Source of the DNA: a virus
Lineage: Duplodnaviria; Caudoviricetes
DNA: 64,000 nt
IMG/VR virus record: IMGVR_UViG_2873180057_000001
Span: 6,857-70,856 of that record
Strand: one strand, 5' to 3'
Shown: one piece after another, positions 1-8,414 of the stretch
How positions within the stretch are numbered: position 1 is the stretch's first letter
How the letters are laid out: each line of letters starts with the position of its first letter
Notes under the pieces: generated by a model
The model's input: the letters and a program-made list of their open reading frames with translations, nothing else
Database searches by the model: none
What the model was told of the DNA's origin: nothing
Program-made: the position numbers and the translations under genes

Positions 1-82
1 GGTCGGAGGCGGACGACGGGTCGGCGGCGTTCTGGGCGCGCTGCCCGGAGAGGTCGACGCCGGTCAGGAACGGTACGGGCAT
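1..82 (-). CDS. 5' part of a probable tail fibre/structural protein (runs off the left edge)
   Basis: ATG at 82 preceded by GAAAGG; reads MPVPFLTGVDLSGQRAQNAADPSSASD, resembling fibre neck-type repeats. Confidence 0.5.
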   Translation of the reverse strand, partial: MPVPFLTGVDLSGQRAQNAADPSSASD

Positions 83-97
83 GGCGGGGTGTGCCTT

Positions 98-676
98 TCA
101 GGAGCAGACGGCGCGGCCTGTGTACGGAGTGGGGAAGGTGATCACTGCGAGGTCGGTGGAGCTGTGGTCGACGTCGGCGAAGACCTGCCGCCCGTCGGCC
201 GCGATGATCGACACGTTGGGGTGCTTGCCGAGGCTGTGCGGGACCTGCCACGTCGCGGCCGGGGCCGACTGCACGTGCTCGTAGCGGAACTCGGCTCCTG
301 GAGGGCCGGTGACGACGAGGTAGTCGCCGAGCGCCGGATCGGTTGGGGCCACGTCGGCCAGATCCACCAGCGGCGCAGCCAGCGGCAGCGCGAGCGGAAA
401 CGTCCGCCCCGCGCTGCCGGTCAGCACCTCGTCGACCCGGTACGTCCAGTCGACAGGGGTCACATCCGGATCATCCGTGGCCAGCAGCGCGACGGTGAAC
501 GCGCCGGTGGCATCCAGGACGGCGTCGACGGTGCCGAGGATCAGGGCGCCGTGCAGGGCGGACGTGAGCGTGCGCGGCTGAGTCGCGAACCGCACTGCCC
601 CAGCTCGGGGAGTCCCATCGGGGGCGAGGTACCGGCCGGTGACCGTGACCGTAGAGAGGCCTGCGGGTAGCGGCAT
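98..676 (-). CDS. phage structural/minor tail-like protein
   Basis: Beta-rich ORF MPLPAGLSTVTVTGRYLAPDG..., short GPPG linker, C-terminal small beta domain; SD upstream. Confidence 0.55.
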   Translation of the reverse strand: MPLPAGLSTVTVTGRYLAPDGTPRAGAVRFATQPRTLTSALHGALILGTVDAVLDATGAFTVALLATDDPDVTPVDWTYRVDEVLTGSAGRTFPLALPLAAPLVDLADVAPTDPALGDYLVVTGPPGAEFRYEHVQSAPAATWQVPHSLGKHPNVSIIAADGRQVFADVDHSSTDLAVITFPTPYTGRAVCS

Positions 677-715
677 CACAACCCCCTGGCTGTTGCGGTC
701 ATGGCGCTCCAGTTC

Positions 716-1048
716 TCACGCGTCGATGTGGTCGAGGTAGGGGCGGGCGCGGTCGGGGATCGGCCGCGCGAGCGGGGGCTCGAGACCGGCCTTGCGGATG
801 GTCCGGACGAGGCTGTGGCGGTCGTCGACGAGCCAGGCGATCGCGGCGCCCTGGCCGGTGATCTGGTCCTGCTGCTCCCGCTGGCGCTGCTCGAGACGCT
901 GGATCTCGGTGTCCATCCGGTTAGTGACGGTGGTGAAATCGTCACGGCGTTCCTGGCGTGGGGTCCTGCGCGCCGCGCGGGCTGCCCAGAGTCCGCAGAT
1001 GCCGGTGACGGCGGTGACCACCACTGACGCAAGTGTCTCAACGCCCAT
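716..1048 (-). CDS. membrane-anchored coiled-coil protein of lysis cassette
   Basis: N-terminal hydrophobic helix followed by Q/E/R-rich coiled coil; follows holin-like genes. Confidence 0.65.
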   Translation of the reverse strand: MGVETLASVVVTAVTGICGLWAARAARRTPRQERRDDFTTVTNRMDTEIQRLEQRQREQQDQITGQGAAIAWLVDDRHSLVRTIRKAGLEPPLARPIPDRARPYLDHIDA

Positions 1049-1472
1049 CTGCGGGCCCCAATCTCTTGGGCCGGGGCGGCTCGCGCCATCCGGCTACGAC
1101 TATCACCGGAACGGCGATCACCCCCCAGATCAGGGCAGCGACCCAGCCGCGATTGAACTCCCCCATCGCCCAGGAGGCGGCGTAGGAGCCCATCCACGGC
1201 AGCACGATCACGACCAGGGCGAGGAACCCGGTCCAGTCGCGGCCCTGAGGGAGCCACGCGGAGATGACCGCGAGGAGCCCGGCCGCGATCCACATCCAGG
1301 CCCACACGTCCAGCGGGATCCGGTCCAGGAGCAGCCGCAGGCCCCTCTGGTCCGGCTGCGGGGACACCAGCTGCCCGTATCCGTAGAGCGCCCACACCGT
1401 GCCGTAGGACAGGAGGATCGCGCCGCGGCGGCCGAGCATCCGCCCCAGCCGCCGCAGCGCGCGGCAGCGCAC
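1038..1472 (-). CDS. multi-pass membrane protein (holin-like)
   Basis: About four hydrophobic W-rich segments; position in lysis cassette. Confidence 0.65.
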   Translation of the reverse strand: MRCRALRRLGRMLGRRGAILLSYGTVWALYGYGQLVSPQPDQRGLRLLLDRIPLDVWAWMWIAAGLLAVISAWLPQGRDWTGFLALVVIVLPWMGSYAASWAMGEFNRGWVAALIWGVIAVPVIVVAGWREPPRPKRLGPADGR

Positions 1473-1820
1473 TCAGACTCCAGCCGGAGCATCAGGCCGC
1501 GAGGGGGTGACCTGGCTGCGGGTGACGAGAGCGAGAACCGCAAGTACGAGGGCGTTGACGGCGCCGACGGTCTCCTGGGAAACGTCCATGCCGTAAGCGG
1601 CGAGCAGTGCGAAACCCGCGGCAGCGAGACCGGTAAACGCCGACGGCGCGACGGGCCGGGTGATGGCCGCGGTGGCCGCGGCGAACACGGCGGAGATGAC
1701 GGCGACGATCGCGGCGGCCTGCTCGGCGGACAGTCCGTCGAAGCCGAAGCTGACCAGCAGCGACAGCCCGGCGCTGACCGTTGCGATTATGAGAGCCGGT
1801 TCACGGCCGAAGATCTTCAT
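1473..1820 (-). CDS. holin
   Basis: MKIFGREPAL... start typical of actinophage holins; four hydrophobic helices; ATGA overlap with upstream gene. Confidence 0.75.
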   Translation of the reverse strand: MKIFGREPALIIATVSAGLSLLVSFGFDGLSAEQAAAIVAVISAVFAAATAAITRPVAPSAFTGLAAAGFALLAAYGMDVSQETVGAVNALVLAVLALVTRSQVTPSRPDAPAGV

Positions 1821-2371
1821 GTCCTTCTCGCTTCCTGTTCGGCAAGCCACCGCCGGACGGTCTGGTTGTGTCGGGCGTCTGCGAGGGCGTTGTGCTCACC
1901 GCTGTCTTGCTTGGGCAGGTCGTCCCAGCTCAGGCCGAGCCGGGTGCGTTCCTGCTGGATGTCGTGCGTGAACATCGGGACACCCTCGGGCAGGTCGATC
2001 ATGCGGCCCCAGAGCTGGGCTAGGCAGACGTGGTCGTAGGCCCCGTAGTTGGCCCACAGCTGCACATCAGGTCCGGCTGCGCGGATGAACTCCATGACCT
2101 CGTCGGCGATTCGGTCCCGGCGCTTCACCGCTGGGTCGGCGTAGTGGAATAGCCATCGCTTCGGCATGTGAATCTTGGCGTCGCCATGCCCTTTGGGCAG
2201 GCCCGGGACGACGTTCTCCATGAGCCACTTGTGCTTGCGGATGCGGCGGACGGGCATGTCGCGGTTGACGGCGTAGTACTCGCGGCCGTCGTCGCACACC
2301 ATGCCGATGGAGATCAGCTCGATGGTGCGGCCATCCTCCAGGAACTCCAGGTCGTAGTCGATCGCCGTCAT
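1817..2371 (-). CDS. DEDDh 3'-5' exoribonuclease (RNase AS/Rv2179c-like)
   Basis: Motifs YDLEF..DG.TIELISIG, WA.YGAYD, HNALADA. Confidence 0.85.
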   Translation of the reverse strand: MTAIDYDLEFLEDGRTIELISIGMVCDDGREYYAVNRDMPVRRIRKHKWLMENVVPGLPKGHGDAKIHMPKRWLFHYADPAVKRRDRIADEVMEFIRAAGPDVQLWANYGAYDHVCLAQLWGRMIDLPEGVPMFTHDIQQERTRLGLSWDDLPKQDSGEHNALADARHNQTVRRWLAEQEARRT

Positions 2372-3298
2372 GAGGCGTCGGGGACGTCGAGGCGGATTTC
2401 GATGGACTCAATGGCGGCGCGGAGTTCGGCGACGATCGCGGCGGGATCGAGGTCTCCGAGGCCGGCGGCCAGCGTCGCGACGGTCTTCACGAGTTCGTTC
2501 ACGGTGGCGGCCTGCGCGGACTGCTGGGCCTGGAGGGTGCGCAGCCGCTTCCCCATGTCGATCAGGATTGAGGCGGGCTTCCATTCGGTGTTGCCGGGTG
2601 CACCCCAGCCGTCGGGTACGCCGACCACGCCGTCGGTCTCCCACACCGCCTCGCAGATGTCCTTGCTGCTTATGCCCGCCATCGGGTCCTCCTCAGGTGC
2701 AGTGTTGTTGTCGAGGCGCGCGGCGATCCGGCCGCGCATGGTCTGCATGGAGAAGCCCTTGGGATCGATTTTCCCGGGCTGCCATTCGAGGTGGCCGATG
2801 ACCGAGCCTGCGCCCCATCCGTGGTGGCGGCAGATCGCGGCGGAGACGCGCTCGATGGCCTGGAGCTGCGCGGCAGGCCAGGGGTCGGTGCCGTTGCCGA
2901 GGTTCTCGCACTCGAAGCCGTAGAAGTGGCGGTTGCCGTCGGTGTTGGCCTCGTTGTCGGCGGGGAGGGCCTTCTCGTTGATGACGGCCTGGAGGACGTC
3001 GTCGTCGCCGAGTCCGGCGTGGTTGGAGCGGCCGTAGCCGACGAGATGGACGCGGCCGTCCTTGGTGATGACGCCGTGGCAGAGCGGGCCCGGCAGGGTG
3101 GAGTGGCCGTCGCGGCAGATGCGCACGGTGGCGGCGCTGCCCGTCGTGACGGTGTGGTGGATCATCACACCGTGCACCGGGCCCCAGGGGCCGACGTGGT
3201 TGCGGTTGTGTTCGCGCCAGTTGCCGACCTCGACGACGGTCACGCCTTCCGCCTCGAGTGCGACGAGTAGCTGGGATGCGGTCATTGGCGGTGCCATG
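2368..3298 (-). CDS. endolysin, N-acetylmuramoyl-L-alanine amidase (Amidase_2); start approximate
   Basis: GVMIHHT, GPLCH, NHAG, GFECEN, IGHLEW..GKIDP zinc-amidase motifs; GAGGGAG SD before MAPPMT. Confidence 0.9.
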
Positions 3299-3484
3299 CG
3301 GGTCTCCCTCACAACAGGCGCTACCTTCAAATCGTAGCCCGGTTCCCCGCTTTCACCTACGAATCACAGGTATCGTTATGGGTGGGTTCTGCTCAGGGAC
3401 CCGTGGCGGGGATGTGGCCGTGCGGGTCCGCCTCCCCGCCACACCCAACCCGCGCCCACCCGCACACACCCGCACGGGAGTGAC

Positions 3485-3604
3485 ATGACGGCCCTCCTCG
3501 CAGCCCTCACCTTCCTCTTCGCCTACACGGCGCTGGCACCCCCGCCTGAGGTGCGCGTCGAATCCGTGCCTGCGCGGTCCGGCTGCCAATGGGAGGCGCG
3601 GTGA
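3485..3604 (+). CDS. small hydrophobic peptide (39 aa)
   Basis: GGGAG SD; MTALLAALTFLFAYTALAPP...; GTGA overlap with next ORF. Confidence 0.45.
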   Translation: MTALLAALTFLFAYTALAPPPEVRVESVPARSGCQWEAR

Positions 3605-3786
3605 ACACCTTCCAGATCATCCAGCTCGCCATGTGCGCGGTGTTCGCCCTCTGCTGCTCACTCGTCGCCGTGCAGGCGCAGCGCTTCGTCCGCCAGGCCC
3701 AGACTGCCGCAGCGCGCTCAGAAGCGTCGGCCCGGCGAGCAGAGGCCCTCGCAGAGTTGTCCACCAGCAAGGAGCTCGACGCATGA
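3601..3786 (+). CDS. small membrane protein
   Basis: GGAGG SD, N-terminal hydrophobic helix, ATGA overlap with epimerase. Confidence 0.6.
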   Translation: MNTFQIIQLAMCAVFALCCSLVAVQAQRFVRQAQTAAARSEASARRAEALAELSTSKELDA

Positions 3787-4736
3787 AGGTACTGATCACC
3801 GGAGGCTCAGGCTTCATCGCCTCGTGGGTTCGCCGTGAACTCCTGGCCCGAGGGCACGGCGTGCTGGTCATGGACCACCAGGACCGCCGCCAGCAACTCG
3901 CCGACGGTGAGGAGTTCTTCCTCGGCGACGTCCGCGACACCACCGCCGTCACCGAGGCCGCCGCACACGTCGACGGGATCATCCACCTCGCGGCCGTCCT
4001 CGGTACCCAGGAGACGATCAGCAACCCCCGGCCGTCCGCCGAGACCAACATCCTCGGCAGCCTGAACGTCTTCGAGGCGGCCGCCCAGTACAGCCTCCCC
4101 ACCGTCTATGCAGGCGTCGGCAACCACGCCTTCCGGCTGATCGGCACGGGCTGCTACACGATCACCAAGTCAGCGGCCGAAGACCTCGCCCGCATGTACA
4201 ACCTCTACCGCGACGGCGGGCAGATCACGATCGTCCGGCCGGTCAACGCCTACGGTCCGGGACAAAGCGTGGCTGCCCCCTACGGCACGAGCAAGGTTCG
4301 CAAAATCATGCCTGCCCTGAGTTGCCGTGCACTCACCGGCGCCCCCATCGAGGTGTACGGGGACGGCACTCAGGTCTCCGACTGCGTGTACGTCGAGGAC
4401 GTCGCTAAGGCGTTCGCTGCCGCGCTCGAGCACACCGTCGAGCACGGGCCGACGGAGCGACCGGTGGAGGTCGGGCCGCTCGAATCCCGCACCGTCAACG
4501 ACATCGCCCGCCTCGTCGCCGAGTACGCCGCCCAGCTCACCGGCCGGGAGCCCGTCGCGATCACCCATCTACCCATGCGGCCTGGCGAAGTCCCGAACGC
4601 GATCGTCTCCTCCGACACGGACACGCTGAAACAGATCGGCATGACCGCTGCCGACTTCGTGCCGCTCGAGGACGGCGTCCATCGCACCGTCGACTACTAC
4701 GCCACCACCTGGCTCCCCGACTACCTGGCGGCATGA
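3783..4736 (+). CDS. NAD-dependent nucleotide-sugar epimerase/dehydratase (extended SDR)
   Basis: KVLITGGSGFIAS, IIHLAA, YTITK (YxxxK), NAYGPGQ, YGDGTQ..D.VYV.D. Confidence 0.92.
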   Translation: MKVLITGGSGFIASWVRRELLARGHGVLVMDHQDRRQQLADGEEFFLGDVRDTTAVTEAAAHVDGIIHLAAVLGTQETISNPRPSAETNILGSLNVFEAAAQYSLPTVYAGVGNHAFRLIGTGCYTITKSAAEDLARMYNLYRDGGQITIVRPVNAYGPGQSVAAPYGTSKVRKIMPALSCRALTGAPIEVYGDGTQVSDCVYVEDVAKAFAAALEHTVEHGPTERPVEVGPLESRTVNDIARLVAEYAAQLTGREPVAITHLPMRPGEVPNAIVSSDTDTLKQIGMTAADFVPLEDGVHRTVDYYATTWLPDYLAA

Positions 4737-4737
4737 C

Positions 4738-5754
4738 GTGCGCGTGCACTTCTGGACAGCGGACACCGCAGGATCTGGCATGTACCGCGGGATCCTCCCA
4801 GCCATCTCCCTGGACTGGCTCGGCCACCAGGTATCGGCCGGCATGCAACTGCCGGAGAACTGGCGGGAACAAGGGCTCGACGTAGTCGTCGGCTGCCGGG
4901 TCGCGAAACCCGGCCCCTCGACGGTGTGGCGCCAGATGCGCGACGTGGGAGTCCGGCTCGTGCTGGATCTCGACGACGACTACTTTCACCTCGACCCGGC
5001 CAACACCATGGCCTATCGCCTGTGGTCCCATCCCCGGATGCGGCAGGGCCTCCTTGACAACATCGCGCTGGCTCACACGGTCACCTGCTGCTCAGAGCAG
5101 CTGGCTACGGTCCTGCGGGAACATCACGACGACGTGCGGGTGATCCCCAACGGTCTCCCGGCTCAGCACCTCGGATCGCCACGGGACTACGATCCCGAGC
5201 TGCTGTCGGTGGGATGGGCAGGCACGGCATCCACGATGCACGAGCTGCCCCAGGCGGTCCGGGCGCTGAACAGGATCGCGGAGTACCGGCGCCCCGGCGG
5301 GGTCGTCGTGAGACTCGTCGGAATCGACCAGTCCACTGCGGTCAGCCTGGGCCTGAAGGGCCGACGGCTTGGGGCGCTGGGCTGGGTGGAGGACTTCGGG
5401 CACTACCTGACGGCGGTAGAGGAGTTCGACGTCTGGGTCGCCCCGTACCGGGACATCGACTTCAACCGGGCGAAGTTCCCGACGAAGTATCTCGAAGCGA
5501 GCATGCTCGGCATCCCGCTGATCGCCTCCGACATCGAGCCGTACCGGCAGGTGATCCGCCACGGGGAGAACGGGTTCCTGGTGCGCCACGAGCACGAGTG
5601 GGGCCGCTACCTGAAGCGCCTCGTCGATGATCCGGGGCTGCGGCGGCGGATGGGCATGGCAGCGCGCGCCGGGGCCTCCGGGTCGATCCTGCAGGCCATC
5701 AACCAGCAGTGGGAAGCGGCGCTCGCGCCTGCCATGGAGAGGACACCGGCATGA
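4738..5754 (+). CDS. glycosyltransferase, GT-B fold (GT4-like)
   Basis: LDLDDDYF, VIPNG, VGWAG, K.LEASMLGIPLIASD..PY..VI.HGENGFLV. Confidence 0.88.
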   Translation: MRVHFWTADTAGSGMYRGILPAISLDWLGHQVSAGMQLPENWREQGLDVVVGCRVAKPGPSTVWRQMRDVGVRLVLDLDDDYFHLDPANTMAYRLWSHPRMRQGLLDNIALAHTVTCCSEQLATVLREHHDDVRVIPNGLPAQHLGSPRDYDPELLSVGWAGTASTMHELPQAVRALNRIAEYRRPGGVVVRLVGIDQSTAVSLGLKGRRLGALGWVEDFGHYLTAVEEFDVWVAPYRDIDFNRAKFPTKYLEASMLGIPLIASDIEPYRQVIRHGENGFLVRHEHEWGRYLKRLVDDPGLRRRMGMAARAGASGSILQAINQQWEAALAPAMERTPA

Positions 5755-6617
5755 TCGATGGGAAACGGGTCGTTGCGTGGACGCCCTATGGCAGGCGCCG
5801 GACCTACAGCATTCTGATCAAGTACCTGCAGCGGGACGTCGAGCGTGGCCTGGTCGACGAGGTATGGGCGTACATGAACACCGACCCTCGCGGCCAGGAG
5901 GACGACATCGCCTACGCGCACGAGCTCGCTGAGGAGCACGACTGGTTCCGGCTCGTGCACCGGCCGGAAGGCGTCAGCCTCGGGCGGCTGCCGAAGCAGC
6001 GCTACACCGGGCTCGCCTACCGGTACATGACCGATCCCGACACGGTGTACGTCCGCCTCGACGACGACGTCGTCTACATCCACGAGGACGCCATCGAGCA
6101 CCTGCTGCGGGCCCGCATCGAGATGCCCGCCCCGGTCGCCGTGTTCCCGATCATCATCAACAACGCGATCTGCAGCCACTTCCTGCAGTTGTGCGGGAAG
6201 ATCCCCATGGAGTGGGGCGAGGTGAAGCCGTACTGCATGGACCCCACCGGGTGGGCCAACGGCCCATTCGCTGTGCGCCTGCACGAGTTGCTGCTCAGCC
6301 ACATCGAGGCGGGCACGGTCGAGGATCTGTACCTGTACCAGGACTTCCCGCTGGCCCCGGGTACGCAGTTCTCCGTGTCCTGTTTTGCGTCCCGCGGCGA
6401 GGACTACGCGGCGCTCCCCCGGCCCGGCGTCCTTGTGCCCGACGAGGAAGAGTCGTGGCACACGATCCATCAGCCCGCGGCGAGGGGCGTGCCGAACATC
6501 TTGCGCGGCAACGTGGTGGTCAGCCACTGGTCGTTCTTCCCTCAGCATCCGTTCCTCAATGCGACCGACCTCCTGGACCGGTACCGGCAGGCCGCAGAGA
6601 AGGCGGTGACGGCATGA
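5751..6617 (+). CDS. putative glycosyltransferase, GT-A-like (DxD)
   Basis: N-terminal TPYGRR, YVRLDDDVVYI motif, late HWSF motif; coupled to GT4 by ATGA overlap. Confidence 0.65.
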   Translation: MIDGKRVVAWTPYGRRRTYSILIKYLQRDVERGLVDEVWAYMNTDPRGQEDDIAYAHELAEEHDWFRLVHRPEGVSLGRLPKQRYTGLAYRYMTDPDTVYVRLDDDVVYIHEDAIEHLLRARIEMPAPVAVFPIIINNAICSHFLQLCGKIPMEWGEVKPYCMDPTGWANGPFAVRLHELLLSHIEAGTVEDLYLYQDFPLAPGTQFSVSCFASRGEDYAALPRPGVLVPDEEESWHTIHQPAARGVPNILRGNVVVSHWSFFPQHPFLNATDLLDRYRQAAEKAVTA

Positions 6618-6802
6618 GCCAGCAGATCCCCATCGAGGACGCGCTGGACGCGTTCCGCAAGAAGTGCGGTGAACTCCTGGATGCGAACGTCCTCCTCGAG
6701 GCGCGCGCCATCAGCCTGGAGCGCCGCGTGGAGGAACTGGAAAGCGCAGGCGGCAGCCAGGCTGCCACGGGCGTGCCCGGAGGTCAGGACGCCGCCTCGT
6801 AG
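6614..6802 (+). CDS. small coiled-coil protein
   Basis: MSQQIPIEDALDAFRKKCGELLDANVLLEARA...; ATGA overlap; 3' end overlaps the convergent tail fibre gene. Confidence 0.6.
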   Translation: MSQQIPIEDALDAFRKKCGELLDANVLLEARAISLERRVEELESAGGSQAATGVPGGQDAAS

Positions 6803-7791
6803 ATGAAGGTGCCGCGGATGGCATCGTTCTGCGCCCACGTCCACGGGCTGACGGAGTCGATGATGCCCCAGTTCGGCGATGTCATCGCGACAGCATCCGC
6901 GCGGCCCGACGAGTTCTGCAGCTGGAACGTGCCGGTGGTGACGAGGTTGACGCGGCAGACGGCGACGGCGCCGATGGACGAGGCGTCGTTGATCTCTGCC
7001 ATGCCCGCGCACTCCGGGGTGTGCTCGGCCTCGACGGGGAGGGAGAACCTCCAATTGTCCGAGGTGCCGCCGCCCCCGAAGTTGGTGGTGCTGCCGAAGG
7101 TGATGCTGAAGCTCACGATGACGGTGCGGCCGATCTTCGTGTAGGACGCGGTGACCGTCGCGTTGCCCAGGCTGGGGGTGTTCGAGCCGGTCGAAGTCGT
7201 CCACGCCGGCGTGTACGTGGACCAGGCCCCGGCAGGAAAGTTGGAGGCCGCGAGCGCTCCTGATGCGGTCAGGGAGCCGGTGAGGGCCAGGGCTGCGGTG
7301 CCGCTGCGGGCGAGGACCGCGTCGGCGGCTGAGGACCCACCGGGGCCCCAGTTGAGGGTGCCGTCGGTGTCGACGAGGAACCGGCTCTGGGTGTCGCCGG
7401 TGACGCGGAGGCTGATCGCGTCGGTCGTGGTCGCAGCGTTGACGACGGCGAGGCTAGCCCCGCTGCTGCTGGCGCCGATGTTGACCTGGCGTCCGGACGT
7501 GAGGTCGAGGTCGGCATTGAAAGTCGAGCTGCTGTTGGGGATTTGCACCCATGAGGCGCTGGCCGGGCTCGTGCCGTTGGAGAAGTACGAGCGATACGAC
7601 GTGTCGGACTCCGCGATCGCCTTACCCGGGTACGGGGAGGACGGCCTCGTGCTGCTGGTGACGATCTGGAGGCCCGCAGCGAGATCGACCTTGTCCCAGT
7701 TCTGGTTGAGGTCGGTCTGGACGTTGACCAGCTCGGAGCCGTCGTTGAGGGGCTTGTAGAGGCCGAGCCTCGTGGTGGACGGTTCAGGCAC
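6784..7791 (-). CDS. tail fibre / receptor-binding protein
   Basis: N-terminal TTRLGLYKP..DLNQNWDKVD fibre-attachment motif; C-terminal WSTYTPAWT...GNAT...YTKIG..V head domain. Confidence 0.75.
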   Translation of the reverse strand: MPEPSTTRLGLYKPLNDGSELVNVQTDLNQNWDKVDLAAGLQIVTSSTRPSSPYPGKAIAESDTSYRSYFSNGTSPASASWVQIPNSSSTFNADLDLTSGRQVNIGASSSGASLAVVNAATTTDAISLRVTGDTQSRFLVDTDGTLNWGPGGSSAADAVLARSGTAALALTGSLTASGALAASNFPAGAWSTYTPAWTTSTGSNTPSLGNATVTASYTKIGRTVIVSFSITFGSTTNFGGGGTSDNWRFSLPVEAEHTPECAGMAEINDASSIGAVAVCRVNLVTTGTFQLQNSSGRADAVAMTSPNWGIIDSVSPWTWAQNDAIRGTFIYEAAS

Positions 7792-8407
7792 CGGAGGTCT
7801 CCTTCTTGTTCTGGCTGGCCTTCAGCTCGGCGTTGCGACGATCGGCTGCGGAGTCGAGGACGACGGGCGCCTCCGGCCGGGCCTGGACGCGGCGCCGGTT
7901 CGCCTCAACCTTCGACGCCCGCGCGGCCACATCAGCTGCATCGAGCGGTTGCCGGGTGATGACCGCGAGGGGGCTCGCCTTGCCCTTCGGCACGCTGACG
8001 CGGACCACGTGAGTCCTCGCGTGCGCAATGCGCATCAGATGCGCCTCCCGGGCCGCCTGAGCGGTCTCTGCGGTGTACAGCGTGGTCGGCACCGGATCGC
8101 CCGCGCGCACGGTGCCGCGGGAGACGTTGGCCGGGGACATCAGCCCGGCGGCGAGCACCGGGTCGTCCGCGGCGGTGATCGGGTCGTCGGGGTGCGGTGC
8201 GAACGGCTCGTGGAGCACGACGTCCAGCAGGGCGGCGGTGTCGGCCGGGTCGAGGCCGTACTCGGCGGCCCGCCAGGCGAGGGTGTCGGTGGGGAAGACG
8301 TGCCGGTACGTGCCGCCGTCCGGTTTGCGCATGTCCACGGCCCAGCACGGCGTGTCGGGGTTGGGCCAGTACTCGGTGACGGCGATGACCTCGTAGGTGT
8401 CGGGCAT
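7784..8407 (-). CDS. hypothetical tail-region protein
   Basis: GAGG SD before MPDTYEVIAV; between minor tail genes. Confidence 0.65.
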   Translation of the reverse strand: MPDTYEVIAVTEYWPNPDTPCWAVDMRKPDGGTYRHVFPTDTLAWRAAEYGLDPADTAALLDVVLHEPFAPHPDDPITAADDPVLAAGLMSPANVSRGTVRAGDPVPTTLYTAETAQAAREAHLMRIAHARTHVVRVSVPKGKASPLAVITRQPLDAADVAARASKVEANRRRVQARPEAPVVLDSAADRRNAELKASQNKKETSGA

Positions 8408-8414
8408 GGGGTCC

